Positions 1-11,662 of a stretch of DNA of 64,000 nt are shown here, in pieces (position 1 is the stretch's first letter; every line of letters begins with the position of its first letter). Both the position numbers and the translations under genes were made by a program. The stretch lies in assembly GCF_036669915.1 (NCBI RefSeq), contig NC_089320.1, positions 15,851,874 through 15,915,873 on the forward strand. The letters are read 5' to 3'. Source of the DNA: Pocillopora verrucosa. Its lineage: Eukaryota. The notes under the pieces were generated by a model, which saw only the letters and a program-made list of their open reading frames with translations, did not search any database and was not told the DNA's origin.

Positions 1-111
1 AGTGACTCAGATTACTCAGTTAGTTCCAGGAGTAACTTATCTGATGTGGATGACTTGGAAATGAGCTACTTTAAGACTGTTGCTGATTTGAATGCTAATG
101 ACAGACCTGTG
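1..111 (+). CDS. TIAM/SIF-like RhoGEF, exon (5' partial; window opens inside exon), ...SDVDDLEMSYFKTVADLNANDRPV
   Basis: Open frame 1 from base 1; GTG|GTAAGT donor at 112; phase-0 continuity into next exon. Confidence 0.6.
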
Positions 112-612
112 GTAAGTGGATGATTCTGGAAATTTGTCCTTCAAATTTTTCTTTTGCTTCCATTCAGGCTTCCTTCATGTAAAGCCTGAGGAATTAATGA
201 TTTTCCTGATTTTTTTAGTGATATATTAAAAGTCACTAAGGCACACAAATCAATCCACTACTATACGTGTGTGAAGGTGCCTCTTCTAAGATGCTTAGGG
301 GCTCTTTGCTGTGGGAAAACTTGGAAGAAAATAAGACAAAGGAGAAACACAGAGGAGGACAGCTTCATCATTCATCATCAGTTCATACTGTGTACAGTCT
401 CTTCTTCCTCAGATTTTACTTGACAGTTTAATCTTTGTGCTGAGTAACATTAGGTTGTTCCTATGGAGAACTAAAATCCCATTAAAACTTGATTCCACGA
501 TGCAGTGTTACGGACAATTAAAACTATGCAATTTTATATATTTCTTGTTAACTTTTCAAAATTCACACCCACTTTATCATGCTTAAAATATAATTATTTT
601 TTTCATTTCTAG

Positions 613-1002
613 GACATTTGTGCCTCATTTCATGATGAAGGAGACCTTAATAGTAGCTGTGGAACAGACTTGAAACCACAGTCAGGAATTGCTCAGTCAC
701 GTCAGGGGGGTGCAACTCGTAAGGCAGGCTGGCTGTCTGTAAAACACGTCCTTGTAAGAGTAAAGACAAGCAAAGTGGAGCAGGCATCAGATAGGAAGTG
801 GCGAAAATGTTGGGTGTCACTCAAAAGTGGTGCCCTGAATTTTTATTTTTGCAATGAAAAGACTGTAAGTCCCCAGGATTTGGATGAACCAAATTTTTCA
901 TTGGAAATTGATGGCTGTGTTGCCCAAGCTGTGCCAGAACATGCCAAGTTAGATCATGTGTTTAGTGTTAGCTCCAGACTTGGGGAAGGATACTTCTTCC
1001 AG
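613..1002 (+). CDS. TIAM-like RhoGEF exon: N-terminal PH domain (GWLSVKHVLV...RKCWVSLKSGALNFYF...)
   Basis: tttctAG acceptor at 611-612; CAG|GTAAAG donor at 1003; PH-domain beta strands recognisable. Confidence 0.75.
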
Positions 1003-1414
1003 GTAAAGTTTCTTTCATCATTAAATGATTGACTACGTTTGAATTTTTAAGAAAATGGAGAAAATTGTGTCAGGAAAATATGTATGTTTACAATTCACCT
1101 GAACAACCTAACCATCTTTGAGTGGTATGAGGGTTAATTAAGTTTAAGACATGACATAAAGGGTTTGGTATGTATATGAATGAATAGTAGAACAACATTG
1201 CCCCACATCAAAAAACAATCCAATTTCCAGCTCTATATGAACTTCTTGCAGTGTAGCTGCAACAGCCTTGTTTTTATTTAGTTTTCTTTAATTGTATATA
1301 TGGTAGAAACCAAAACAGAAACTAAGTGGAGGTGGTTTGAAAAATTTTAAATCAGGGAGACTTTGGATGAAAACAATGAAATAATTTTTGTTTCCCAATT
1401 GGTTCCATTTCAAG

Positions 1415-1645
1415 GCATCTAATCAGACCGATCTTGAGAACTGGATAACAGCAATACATTCAATGGCTGCATCAGTCCTGGCAGGAGCAGGACAGAAGGG
1501 AAAGCATGAAATGCTACGTATTCTTACAACAGAGATCAGTAGAGTTGAAAAGAAAATATCTTCGGATTCCAAACTTAAGAAAATGGCAGAGTTACAGTCC
1601 ACTGTTGTTACTGATTCCAAGAATAAACAGGCCTTTCTTGATCAG
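1415..1645 (+). CDS. TIAM-like exon: PH C-terminal helix (ASNQTDLENWITAIHSMAA) + coiled coil
   Basis: caAG acceptor; CAG|GTGAAC donor; phase 0 both sides. Confidence 0.6.
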
Positions 1646-2007
1646 GTGAACTGTCCAAAGTTAATGCCAGCTGAAGTTGTAATACATGAATGAAGATATT
1701 TTTAATATACAGGTGACTGCATGGAACACATGATGTGACTGGTATGTAGACATAACATCAGTACCAAACTTAATTTCGGAGTCACTGAAAATTTGTTAAC
1801 TGAACACAAGATTTGTTTAGAGTGAAACAATCTTGGTTCACCTAGATGTTTGATTAATCTCAGCAATGGTGAAATATTAAAAAAATGCAAATTTTTAATT
1901 TTCAGTGGGTAGCATTTCAGCCTGAAATTATGCCCATTGCAAATAACTAAAGAAAAGAGGATTTCTTCTTTAAAACCTGGGTAATGATACCAGTATTTTG
2001 TCTACAG

Positions 2008-2381
2008 ATATCAAAGTGGGATAAAAACTTAGAACAGCTCAACATTGACTTCTATCGGCTTCAGTGCTACACAGCAGCCATCCAAGGCAGCCAATTACCC
2101 AATCCTCAGACACTTCTAGCTTGTGTTTCAAGAAACACGAAACAGATCCTTTCAAGACTAAATATCTTTTCAGTTATGTCATTCCATGCTGTTGTAAGTG
2201 CTAGAGACCCGAGCACTGATGCAGAAGTAAAAACAAGGAACAAAGCAAAGAGATCAGCTAGCTCTGTAGGCAAGCTGAAAAGTGCTTTGCTTACATCACT
2301 GAGAATCAATGATGCAGCAAGTGTTAAGTCTATCAGGGATCGTTACTCTGGAAAAGGTTCTGGAACACCAAGATTAAAACG
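2008..2381 (+). CDS. TIAM-like exon: coiled-coil/Ex region (ISKWDKNLEQLNIDFYRLQ...)
   Basis: tctacAG acceptor 2006-2007; ACG|GTAGGA donor; phase 2 out, completed by next exon (cg+a=R). Confidence 0.65.
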
Positions 2382-2495
2382 GTAGGAGTGACCACTTCAG
2401 ATAAACGTACCCTCAAAGAACTTGTATTGCCTCCCTCAAAGAACTTGTATTGCCTCTTAATTGAATGTTATTAATTACTCCCTTTTTTCCCATAG

Positions 2496-2767
2496 ACAAT
2501 TGCAACCGAACTTAGATAGCATAGATGATATGCCAGAGGAGGAAGGTGCCTTGGTGGAGAACAGCTCTTTATCATCAAGTCACTCAGACTGGAAAAACCT
2601 TGGAAACTTTCTCCGCATCAGCCTGGATAACAATCAAAGCACTGTAATACCTTTACACAATGAAATGACTATATTAGAGGTGGTTGAAAATACTTGTAGC
2701 AAACGTCAACTGAACCCAGAGGCCTATTACCTTAAACTCGGATTAGAAGATGATTCAGGTGTAACAG
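2496..2767 (+). CDS. TIAM-like exon: Ras-binding domain (NFLRISLDNNQSTVIPLHNEMTILEVVENTCSKRQLNPEAYYLKLG)
   Basis: cccatAG acceptor; ACAG|GTAAGG donor; ubiquitin-like RBD pattern. Confidence 0.7.
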
Positions 2768-3779
2768 GTAAGGAAAAAAAACTGGTTTTCAGAAAATGTT
2801 ATCAGTATCATCTTTTGCTCTCAATTAAGAAATTTTCCAAAATCTAAAGTAGTGAAAGTTAAGCTTAGACAAAGGATCCGTAAAGCAGTCAAGTGTGCAT
2901 CTTTGTTAGTTATTGATTTAAATGATTAAGTAATGTTTACCCTAATCAACATAAGCATACAAAATAAGGGTAGCTGTTAAATGCAAATAATAAAACAGTT
3001 TAATTTACTTGTATGGTCAAATTGTACTACTAGTAATGATTTTTTTATCTGTAAAATCTCTTGATAAACAAAACACAATACTATGATTATTTTTATATAG
3101 TTTTGTCAACTTTACTGTGTTGATTTATCAAAATAAATTCTTTTAACTTTTTTTTTTATTGCAGACTACACCATTCCCCTCCAGGATTCTTTGCTAGAGA
3201 GTCATGTTAGTAAAGCCTTAAGATACATATTATCTTTTGATGGTCAAATGACTTTACCATTGAATTAAAATGGTTGTTCAAGTATCTTTACTCTTGACTT
3301 TATGATTTTCTGTCAACAGAACTATAACTGTCTCAGGTTATGTGAGAAGTGTACTTTTACTATAGAGTTGGAACGTTCAATGGAGATTGATAGGCTTGAT
3401 TTTGGTAGGTGACATGTAGACATCTGAGCAAGTTGTACTTATGATTTTTTATTTTTTATAAGATATGTTTCATGAAATATTTTGGTGCATAAAAAATCAT
3501 TTATGTTGTTTTATTTTTAATGTATTTATCAAGTATTTGTTTGTCATTGTGTTGCTCTCTGGGGTGCAAGTTCTTATTGAGTCAAATGCTACACGTGTTT
3601 TGTTGTTAATTAAGATATTTCACTTCAAAATAAGGCATGTATGGTCAGAACTCTCAATATCAAGTTGTGATAAAAACTGTGCCTGCTTTCATGTACAGTA
3701 TGTTTTTATGAGGCACTGCAATCTAGCATGTTTGATTCCTATAACATGCTTTTAAAAATATTAAATACAAATTTTTCAG

Positions 3780-3854
3780 GTATATCAGTGGAGAGTAAGG
3801 ATGAAGGCATTGTGGTTAGCTCAGTTGAGGAAGGGAGATTAGCACATGTTCAAG
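3780..3854 (+). CDS. TIAM-like exon: PDZ part 1 (GISVESKDEGIVVSSVEEGRLAHVQ)
   Basis: tttttcAG acceptor; CAAG|GTAAGC donor; phase 1/1. Confidence 0.75.
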
Positions 3855-4009
3855 GTAAGCAAAGAACTACAAAATAAAGAACTCTCAGGAAGGGTTACCA
3901 TTTTGGGAGGCATTTTATCTCCTCATATGTGGAGTCAATGAATACTTAGTGTACAGGTAAATACTTATTAGGAACTTGTAAACTGACTAATAGCAATTTT
4001 TTATGTCAG

Positions 4010-4102
4010 GTGTTAGGGCTGGAGATGAAATTCTTGCTGTAAATGATATTAAAGTAGAAGAAGTAGAAAATGCAGTGGAAGATCTCAGAGAAGCGCTTAA
4101 GG
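4010..4102 (+). CDS. TIAM-like exon: PDZ part 2 (GVRAGDEILAVNDIKVEEVENAVEDLREALKG)
   Basis: tgtcAG acceptor; AAGG|GTATGC donor; phase 1/1; classic PDZ 'GDxILxVN' motif. Confidence 0.8.
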
Positions 4103-4220
4103 GTATGCATCAACATTTGATTAATGTCTTTCTTTGAACTGTGAGATCACACTGTGGAATCTTGATAGCTACATCATGTAAACTACAGAAAGGATCATGT
4201 GGGTTTTTGTTCTTTTCTAG

Positions 4221-4335
4221 ACCCATCCATTACCTTGTTACTGCGTTCATGCCGTGATGAACCACCAGTGGCAAATAAGGTGACATCAGATGCCATTATC
4301 ACCAGTCTTGTTGTTCAGCCGCCTCCTAAAATAAG
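4221..4335 (+). CDS. TIAM-like exon: PDZ C-terminal part (DPSITLLLRSCRDEPP...)
   Basis: ttttctAG acceptor; ATAAG|GTAACA donor; phase 1 in / 2 out. Confidence 0.7.
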
Positions 4336-4825
4336 GTAACAACCGAGCAGTTAGCGAAAAAGAGAAGAGGAGGATTGCGCATTGTTTTACATTTGCAAGT
4401 TGCATGTATTGTTGGATGAGACACAATGTACATATAGACAGATGAACACTCTAGGACAATTTGATGAGAAAAGGGCTAATAAAAAAGTTTAAGTTGTCAT
4501 ATTATTACAATGTTTAATCCTCACGGTATGGTATTTATTACAAGTAGGTTGGGCTCTAATTTCACTTTAAATCTTTTGAGCCTTCATTAGATTGCTACTT
4601 TTCCATCGGATGTACTCTGTTTGGATGTTGGTAAATGTAACTTGATGATGACAAATGCTGACAAATGTTGCTCAAGAAAGTCAACTACACCAAACTTTCA
4701 TATTGTGTAATATGGTTGTGGAAATGCAAACAATTAGTTACCGTAGATGTTTAAGGCGCAAGAATTTTGATAATTTTTTGTAGTCACTTTTAACGTTAAT
4801 AGCTTCAGTTTTCCTATTCTTTCAG

Positions 4826-4878
4826 TGATACAATTCCTGAGCAAGATCTAAGTGACCTCATTGTTCCTCCACCTCAAT
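4826..4878 (+). CDS. TIAM-like small linker exon (SDTIPEQDLSDLIVPPPQ)
   Basis: tttcAG acceptor; CAAT|GTGAGT donor; phases fit neighbours (2 in, 1 out). Confidence 0.6.
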
Positions 4879-5317
4879 GTGAGTGATTTTCCCAGGGCTT
4901 TTCTTTATAAATTGAAGTAGAAATATATATTTATGCTTTTGACTCAAGTTTTTAAGTGTGTATGTGCGTCACCAAAGATGTCCTTATGAGGAGTGTCCTA
5001 TGTAAGGAACCAAAGAGTTTTTAATGGAAAAGCTGGAAGGAATTAAATTCGTTACAGCTTGGACTTCTTGAAAAATAGAGCCGAAATTTTTACAAATTCT
5101 ACATTAACTATTATTTTTTTAAATGTTCTTCATTCTTAGCCGTCCTTTTTCCGTCATGATTAATGTTTGCTTCTTCTGTTTTTCGAAGTGACTTTAAACA
5201 TGGCGATGTCGTTCCATAGAGGTTTTAATTAACACCAATTTAGGCGAAGTAGTTACCTTCAGGATTAATTTTGAAAGTAATTTGGTCTTGCTATTTATTT
5301 ATGTATTGTTGTCGTAG

Positions 5318-5430
5318 CTTTCGACGAAGATTCTGCAGTGGATACGGAAAGCGTTATCACAAGCTATACCGAAGACCTGAGTAGTCCTTCGTCAATACCA
5401 TCCGGCAAGAGTGTGGACGAACTTCTTCAG
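5318..5430 (+). CDS. TIAM-like linker exon (SFDEDSAVDTESVITSYTEDLSSPSSIPSGKSVDELLQ)
   Basis: gtcgtAG acceptor; CAG|GTACCT donor; phase 1 in / 0 out. Confidence 0.65.
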
Positions 5431-5774
5431 GTACCTTCTTTGTCTAGCTTTAATAAAACAATAAAAGCTAACCGTATTGCAGAACCGTCTGCCAGGCGAA
5501 ACTGCATTATTTAGTCAAACTGTATATTTACTGGAACTGTCTTAGATTTTAAAGTCATGTAGAATTCATGTTGTCGTGTTATAATTATGTTGTTATTTGA
5601 AAATGGTGTGCGTGTCGCCTTTCAAATAAGCTTACCTGCTGCCCAAAACTTCTGGTTAGCGAACATTTCAGTGCCTTCATTCGTGGGTTGTCTTTATTTT
5701 GTTGGGTTAAATGTTATGTCCAAAACTCGACGATTAACAACAATTAACTCTTTCTCTTTCTTGTTCACACACAG

Positions 5775-5921
5775 CGTGCTGAACAGGTAACGCTGTTCTG
5801 TAGGCGGCAGGTGGAATACTCAGACGACGAAGAACCCAAGCCGAGTGTTCGTCTTAGCCAAGCACAAAAGCTGCGGAAAGTTATCATTGAACTTGTCGAC
5901 ACAGAAAGATCTTACGTGAAG
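5775..5921 (+). CDS. TIAM-like exon: start of DH (RhoGEF) domain (QKLRKVIIELVDTERSYVK)
   Basis: cacacAG acceptor; AAG|GTAAAC donor; canonical DH helix-1 signature 'VIxELxxTExxYVxxL'. Confidence 0.8.
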
Positions 5922-6039
5922 GTAAACATGAACGACATCCACAAATTATTCTTTCGAAGGAAAAAAAAGCAAACTACTAAAACAAAAAATTGAAAGCAGA
6001 GGTCTTGTACAGACAACGTGGTTTTCCCGCCAAAAACTT

Positions 6040-6110
6040 TCCCGCCGGGGATTTGACGACGCGGCCACCAATTCGCGCGAATATTCGCGAATTCGCGCCA
6101 CCATTGTGAA
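6040..6110 (+). promoter_or_regulatory. Tandem E2F-like sites (TTTCCCGCC ×2) followed by a CGCGAA/TTCGCG palindrome cluster, in TIAM intron 11
   Basis: ggttttcccgccaaaaactttcccgccggggatttgacgacgcggccaccaattcgcgcgaatattcgcgaattcgcgcc. Confidence 0.3.
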
Positions 6111-6591
6111 TCATGCTTAGTTACCTGGCCACTCACCTCTGACGCAGCAAAGTCTCTTTTTTTCCCAGCTATAAGCAATCTTTTTGAACAGTGAAAAGCT
6201 ATAGACATAGGAATTCTTGACTGTAGTGGTTATTTTTTGCGATAGTTTTAGCAACAGCTGGTGTTATCTGTGTTTTGGTTTTGTGTGTGCGTCCAGATTG
6301 CTTGTGTGTGCGTCCAGAGTGTTTTTAATGTCGGCTTCTATAGTCACGGTCAAATCTTCAGCTTATTTGAAGACAATCTGGTAACAGTTAGTCACTCTTT
6401 GTGGTCTAACAGGGCGGTCAGTGGAATAATTTCATGAGTAACTCTCATGGTGGCGATGAAAACAACATGGCTTCTGGTGCATCTTTTTCCTTAAATGTCC
6501 TGCTACAAAGTTTCGTTTGTATTGATGTACAACATTTTCCCTTAAAAATCAAAAAACGTATGAATAAATTTATATTAATGCTTAATTTTAG

Positions 6592-6660
6592 GATCTGAGA
6601 CTTTTACTTAAACGTTATCTTGACCCCATGAAAGATGAAAACTTCATGTCACAATCAGAG
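6592..6660 (+). CDS. TIAM-like DH exon (DLRLLLKRYLDPMKDENFMSQSE)
   Basis: ttttAG acceptor; GAG|GTAGGC donor; 23 codons phase 0/0. Confidence 0.75.
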
Positions 6661-6796
6661 GTAGGCTTATGCTACAATTTTCTAGTGAAAATCGTTCTCT
6701 CTCTCTCTCTTTCTTTCTCGTTCTTTAAGTCAATTATTTAATGGTGTTATACCATTTCACTGACGTTTTTTTCATTCTAATTCTGCCCCAATCAAG

Positions 6797-6922
6797 GTTC
6801 AAGCGTTAGTGTCAACTGTTCATGATATATTAGAGTTTCAAGTGAAATTCCTTAAGGAAATTGAAAGGCCAGTAGAAACAGAGACTGGATTTGAAGAGTT
6901 CAGTGCCGTTGAACAATTTCAG
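6797..6922 (+). CDS. TIAM-like DH exon (VQALVSTVHDILEFQVKFLKEIERPVET...)
   Basis: caAG acceptor; CAG|GTATCT donor; 42 codons. Confidence 0.7.
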
Positions 6923-7370
6923 GTATCTTAGGAGTCTACTTTTTAACTATGAGGCCATAACATGAAAGTGCACTTTTCGATTGAGTGTTCAACAAACAAA
7001 ACCGAAGTTATTACCGCGGCCAATTAGAAAAAAAAAATGATGCCAGCACAAGAAGCCGCTAAGGACTCAATTCATGTCACGTGCCTTGAGCGCAGGAAAA
7101 AAGTAAGCGACCAAGACGTGAGTGGTTCTTGTTTTGTATGTGATTGGTTGGAAGAGTGGCTCTTGACCATACTCGTTGTAGTATTAAAGGAGAAGCAATA
7201 GAATCCTCAATCATTTTCTTCGCTAAATTGCGTAAAAATGAAATTCGACGGGAGATTCCTTTTTGTGTCGTAAACTTCGTGAAGATCTAATAGGGATAAG
7301 AATTAATTAGAACCCTACGCGAGATTCCCATATCTGTAAGGTGTCTTATTTAGCGTTATTTTACTTTCAG

Positions 7371-7479
7371 AACGTTATATACACGATCGGAGAGACATTT
7401 TTCAACTACACGGAACATTTCAAGCTTTACAGTGCGTTTTGTTCCAGTCACTCAAGGGTTGTTGAACTACTTCAGTCAG
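7371..7479 (+). CDS. TIAM-like DH exon (NVIYTIGETFFNYTEHFKLYSAFCSSHSRVVELLQS)
   Basis: tttcAG acceptor; TCAG|GTATGC donor; DH 'Y..FC..h..a' pattern. Confidence 0.75.
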
Positions 7480-7539
7480 GTATGCATTACAAAATAAGAT
7501 CCACCGGTTTCAGCGGGTATTCTGTTCTGTTAGCCCTTC

Positions 7540-7700
7540 ATCAGAGCGAAAGACGAAGGGTTAACGCTCAAAACGTCAGCTTTGAAGCTCTTAACGGTGG
7601 CCAATTTACGTCAACAACTCACTTGATATACTAAATTACCCTGTTACACTCTCCCACTAACGCGGCACCACAGTTTCTTTAGAAACTTACCTCCCTTATT
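7540..7700 (-). repeat. MITE/SINE-like dispersed repeat, family 1 (copy in TIAM intron 14)
   Basis: Reverse complement of the 9900-10055 copy (…AAATTGGCCACCGT[C/T]AAGAG…GCTGACGTTT[C/T]GAGCGTTA[G/A]CCCTTCGTC…; GGGAGGTAAGTTTCTAAAGAAACTGTGGTGCCGCG). Confidence 0.7.
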
Positions 7701-8122
7701 CTGTTCTGTAATCTCCTTTGGTCTCGTCACGCAACGCCCTCTCTCTTCCACTGGTGGTGGACGAGAGAACGCGTGGCGAGACCAAACAACGGCTGTGAAG
7801 GAGACTATCTGTTCTGTGAATGCAAAGATCAAAGCGATTTAGAGATCCATCTGTCAATCTACGATCGTCTCGTTTCCCAGGCATTAGTCATATGGAACTA
7901 CTGGGCTGAGACTCCATTTTTCCCTTTCACATTCTCGATCCCAGAGTCCAATTTTTTTGTGCGACGTCCTTCTCCTTTTTTATTTTCTTTAGTATTTAGA
8001 AATAGAAACTGCATGTGACACTTTTTCTTTTAAATCGCCTGGAATGGCCCAGGAAACTATAAAAATGCTCAATTTATTTGTCGCTTGTGGAGATAGTGAT
8101 TTTGTATTTTTTTTTTTTTCAG

Positions 8123-8217
8123 GATCAAACACGGCGCTGCATGAGTTCCTTCATGCCCGTAATCCAAAGAATCAGCATTCAGGGACGTTGGAATCTTACC
8201 TTATCAAGCCAATTCAG
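8123..8217 (+). CDS. TIAM-like DH exon ([32 protein letters not shown])
   Basis: poly-T + cAG acceptor; CAG|GTGAAA donor; DH 'L.S.LIKPvQ' motif. Confidence 0.8.
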
Positions 8218-8579
8218 GTGAAAAGAAAAAGTTATTTTTTACCCATTTACTGCTTCGTATAAAGCGGCTAATTATGTTAATTAGCCAGTATTCCTTACCT
8301 GGTTGGGTTAAGGTTGGCATGAAGCTGAGATTTGGTGTGCCAAATATGAAATTTGCCCTTAAGTATACTTGTAGCGGAGCTATGAACTGTTGAAGCTTAC
8401 TTACTTTCTTTCTTTCTTTTTTTTCGGTATATTATTGTTTTCTTTTTGGTACAACGCTCGTGACTAATTCCTAACATCTTTTGTTTGTTCGACGAACGAG
8501 TTCAGAATTTACGATCTTTCTTTGTTTTTGTCATACACAAATTTGCCATTGATCTAATAAAACGTGTTCTTATTTGCAG

Positions 8580-8661
8580 CGCGTAGTAAGGTACCCTCTA
8601 CTATTGCGGACAATCTTAAAGCTCCTGGATAGCTCCAGTGAAGAATATAATTGCCTTTTAG
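8580..8661 (+). CDS. TIAM-like DH exon (RVVRYPLLLRTILKLLDSSSEEYNCLL)
   Basis: tttgcAG acceptor; TTAG|GTAAGG donor; DH 'R..rY.LLL..llk' motif. Confidence 0.8.
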
Positions 8662-8759
8662 GTAAGGAATCATATGTCTCACCTCAACAACCCATACGCT
8701 GGGGCTTACTTATCTGGTTAGATGCAGATAAGGATTTCAACAGAATTTCACATTTTCAG

Positions 8760-8872
8760 AGGCTGTGACTGCAATTGAAAAAGTTGCTGAGCACATTAAC
8801 GAGATGCAGAGGATTACAGAGCAGTTCTCACCGGTTTTTCATCAACTGATTGAAGAGTTTGGAGTATTCGAG
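8760..8872 (+). CDS. TIAM-like DH C-terminal exon (EAVTAIEKVAEHINEMQRITEQ...EEFGVFE)
   Basis: tttcAG acceptor; GAG|GTAAAT donor. Confidence 0.75.
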
Positions 8873-9405
8873 GTAAATTACAAATCACAGTTACCTTGGG
8901 CTAATCGTAAAAAAAGTAAAAAAGATACACGCTTGCTTGCGATGGATGACCATGGAAGAATTTAGTTATCTTGATGGCAAAAAATATCCACGTCTAGGTG
9001 AGGTAGGCGCGAGAATTCCAGATAGTGTGCGAGCTCACCAAACTCGAAGCAGGGCAAACAGAAAGAAACAAACGATAGCCGTACATATTGTTTTTAGTGG
9101 CTTAAATATCGTAGTGAAAAGGTAGAGCAGGTGCACCTCTCTAATACTTTCACCCCTTCATTACAAACTGTTTTCTATGTTCAGTCAAAATTGAGACTTA
9201 TTTTCTTTTTCAAGTTTACAGACTAACATTTCAGTAATAAGGACACTCTGTTATGTCCCCTCGAAGTTCGATAGTATTTGTCCGGATTGTTTCCTTGGAA
9301 ATTCTCCATAGTCCACGCTGATCTTTTGCTTTACCGTCTCAATCATGAAAACATACTTCCCCTTTATGTTCCCGAATCGTTCATTCAATTATTTTTCTGT
9401 GGTAG

Positions 9406-9559
9406 CTTGCTGACGTCAGCATAGATCGGCTGACACATCATGGGAAAGTTCGTTGGCTCAATTGCCCGGATGACCTACTGAAAAGTGGAACGCTTAAAAA
9501 GTACCCAGTCTCTCCCAGAATTGGAAAAAAGATGACTCCAGGGACCATGCATCTTTTCG
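9406..9559 (+). CDS. TIAM-like C-terminal PH domain exon 1 (LADVSIDRLTHHGKVRWLNC...GTMHLF), boundaries tentative
   Basis: ctgtggtAG acceptor; TTCG|GTAAGA donor; only combination that is phase-compatible with flanking exons. Confidence 0.4.
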
Positions 9560-9764
9560 GTAAGATAGCATCGATAAAGATAGGTCCGTTATTTGTAATG
9601 GTGTCTTTGACAAGTATTGTTTGCTTTGGTTACTGTACTGCCCTTGCCCCTTTGATTGTGCCGAAGATATTTACATCGTTTTAACCCTCACGTTCCGTAG
9701 AAATATGTTTTTAGTACGTCTATCTGGACCTGAAATTCCGTACTTTGTTCTACCTTCACAACAG

Positions 9765-9829
9765 CATTTGAAAAGGTGTTGATTCTTCTTTACTTGGAGC
9801 GGAAACAGAAAAAGAAAGAAAAAGATCGG
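9765..9829 (+). CDS. TIAM-like PH exon 2 (AFEKVLILLYLERKQKKKEKDR), tentative
   Basis: cacaacAG acceptor; CGG|GTGAGT donor; phase 1 in / 0 out links 9559 to 10086. Confidence 0.45.
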
Positions 9830-9899
9830 GTGAGTCGAAGACAGGGTTTTGTTGTTCTTGTCTCGCATTTCCCTATTAGTACACATGTACCTTATTAAC

Positions 9900-10055
9900 A
9901 AAGGGGGTAAGTTTCTTAAGAAACTGTAGTGCTGCGTCGGTGGGAGAGTATAACAAGGTAATTAGTATTATCAACTGAGTTGAAAACGTAAATTGGCCAC
10001 CGTCAAGAGTTTCAATGCTGACGTTTCGAGCGTTAGCCCTTCGTCAGATACTTTA
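9900..10055 (+). repeat. MITE/SINE-like dispersed repeat, family 1 (copy in TIAM intron 19)
   Basis: GGGGGTAAGTTTCTTAAGAAACTGTAGTGCTGCGTCGGTGGGAG…AACGTAAATTGGCCACCGTCAAGAGTTTCAATGCTGACGTTTCGAGCGTTAGCCCTTCGTCAGA. Confidence 0.7.
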
Positions 10056-10085
10056 TTAACAGCTGTGTCTATTTTTCTTTTTCAG

Positions 10086-10179
10086 CCCACTTCTTTAAGA
10101 TCATCGGATGAAATCAAATTTAAAACTATTATCCCAGCTTCTTCACTGGTTGTGCGAGACCACTGTTGGTTAAATGATG
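10086..10179 (+). CDS. TIAM-like PH exon 3 (PTSLRSSDEIKFKTIIPASSLVVRDHCWLNDG)
   Basis: ctttttcAG acceptor; GATG|GTATGT donor. Confidence 0.65.
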
Positions 10180-10756
10180 GTATGTGATGTATGTTAACTT
10201 GACATGTAATATTCTACGCTGTCCTTACCGAGGCCACAAAGTGATTTTCTAATTTCCTTGGTAAAATGTTGTTTTTTTCCCTCATACGTGCGAGGCGAAA
10301 TCAGTTGTCAAATTTCCGATTTATGTTTACCCCTTAAACCCCTAAGAGAGATAAGAACCTTATTCTCCCAACAGTATCTACCCTGAATCAAACATTAAGG
10401 TAACGAGAATGAAGGAAATAATCGCAAACTCAAGAAGAGTAGGAAATGTATAAAGAACAGTATGGAGAGCTTTCATTCTGATGCTAGGTCGGTTAAGCGA
10501 GTGGTGTTAATAGTAAAGAAGATTACAAATTGACGCTGAAAACAGATGTTAGGGAAAGGTAAATACCTTTTAACATAATAGACCACGATTTATTTGGAAA
10601 ATTATAATAAGGGGGGATTTTTTATAGAGGTTACGAGCTGCCATACAGCACAGTATGTCCTAGTGGAAAAGGGAAGTTTCATTTATGTCATTGACATTTG
10701 ATCGGTGTTTCATGTTTTCAGTCCTGTTTTGGTCATAAAATTGTGTTTCCTTTCAG

Positions 10757-10847
10757 GTCCGGAGCCAATACATTCGTGGGAATTGGTGAACATTAGCGAT
10801 ACAGCAGAGATTGGCAGACAAGAATGTGCATATGTGTTTGCAAACAA
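10757..10847 (+). CDS. TIAM-like PH exon 4 (PEPIHSWELVNISDTAEIGRQECAYVFANK)
   Basis: cctttcAG acceptor; ACAA|GTAATA donor (phase 2) completing K with next exon. Confidence 0.6.
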
Positions 10848-11324
10848 GTAATATTGATACTGGTTCATTTTCAATTGTACATTGTATTGAACTGTCCGTT
10901 GGTTGTTGCGAGGGAAAGGACTTTCTCCTTGACATATTAATATCAACCTTTTCATTCACAAGACCTCAATAATAGTTCACCTTTCTTTCTGCCATAAATT
11001 ACTTATAATTTAGCTTTGAGATTTTGTGTTAGATTTTGCAATACTCCGTTCTTTTATATATTTTTTTTCTTATCGTTACTTTCTGCTAGACAATGGTCTG
11101 ATATTGTAAAGAAAACTCACTTTGTTCACTCCTGTCTGGATGTGAAAAGGTCAATTGATAAAACACCTTTCGATCGACTGTCATAAAACCAAAACAAAAG
11201 TGACCACACTGGCCATTCAGAACGAATAGAACTATTAGGAGTCAATAAGAACTCAAAATAAAACAAAGAAAGTTGCTGATGAGCGCAAAAACGCGAGTAT
11301 CCAAATTACGATTGAACCAAGTTG

Positions 11325-11425
11325 GGGGGAGGAGGGGGGAGGAGGTAAGTTTCTAAAGAAGCTGTGATGCTGCGTCGGTTGAGCGTGTTATGTGATTTGG
11401 CCACCGTAAAGAACGGTTGGGGAGG
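11325..11425 (+). repeat. Family 1 repeat, partial copy
   Basis: GGAGGTAAGTTTCTAAAGAAGCTGTGATGCTGCGTCGGTTGAGCG…TTTGGCCACCGTAAAGAAC. Confidence 0.5.
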
Positions 11426-11662
11426 CAGGTGTGAGTTTTGTAGACCAATTACACCGCACTAAGTATGATCAAACCAATGTAAAGTCGGATTACTTTTGTC
11501 AGTTGATCCTTTAAAATTTTCCCACCAAAGTCGTTGTTTTTATTTGGAAGAAATATTTGAACCATAACGTATCCTCAGAGTGGTGACCTTTAAACAAGCG
11601 CCCGTTACCGTACTTTTCCTGAGACGGTGTGTGTTGAAAGGTTTCATGTGACATTTTTGCAG

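Noticed and set aside
3465-3755. 96-aa plus-strand ORF inside a TIAM intron
   Set aside because: Extremely AT-rich and hydrophobic by composition, not in phase with flanking exons.
5912-6208. 98-aa minus-strand ORF overlapping the E2F-like GC island
   Set aside because: No coding features. The open frame is explained by the local GC-rich composition.
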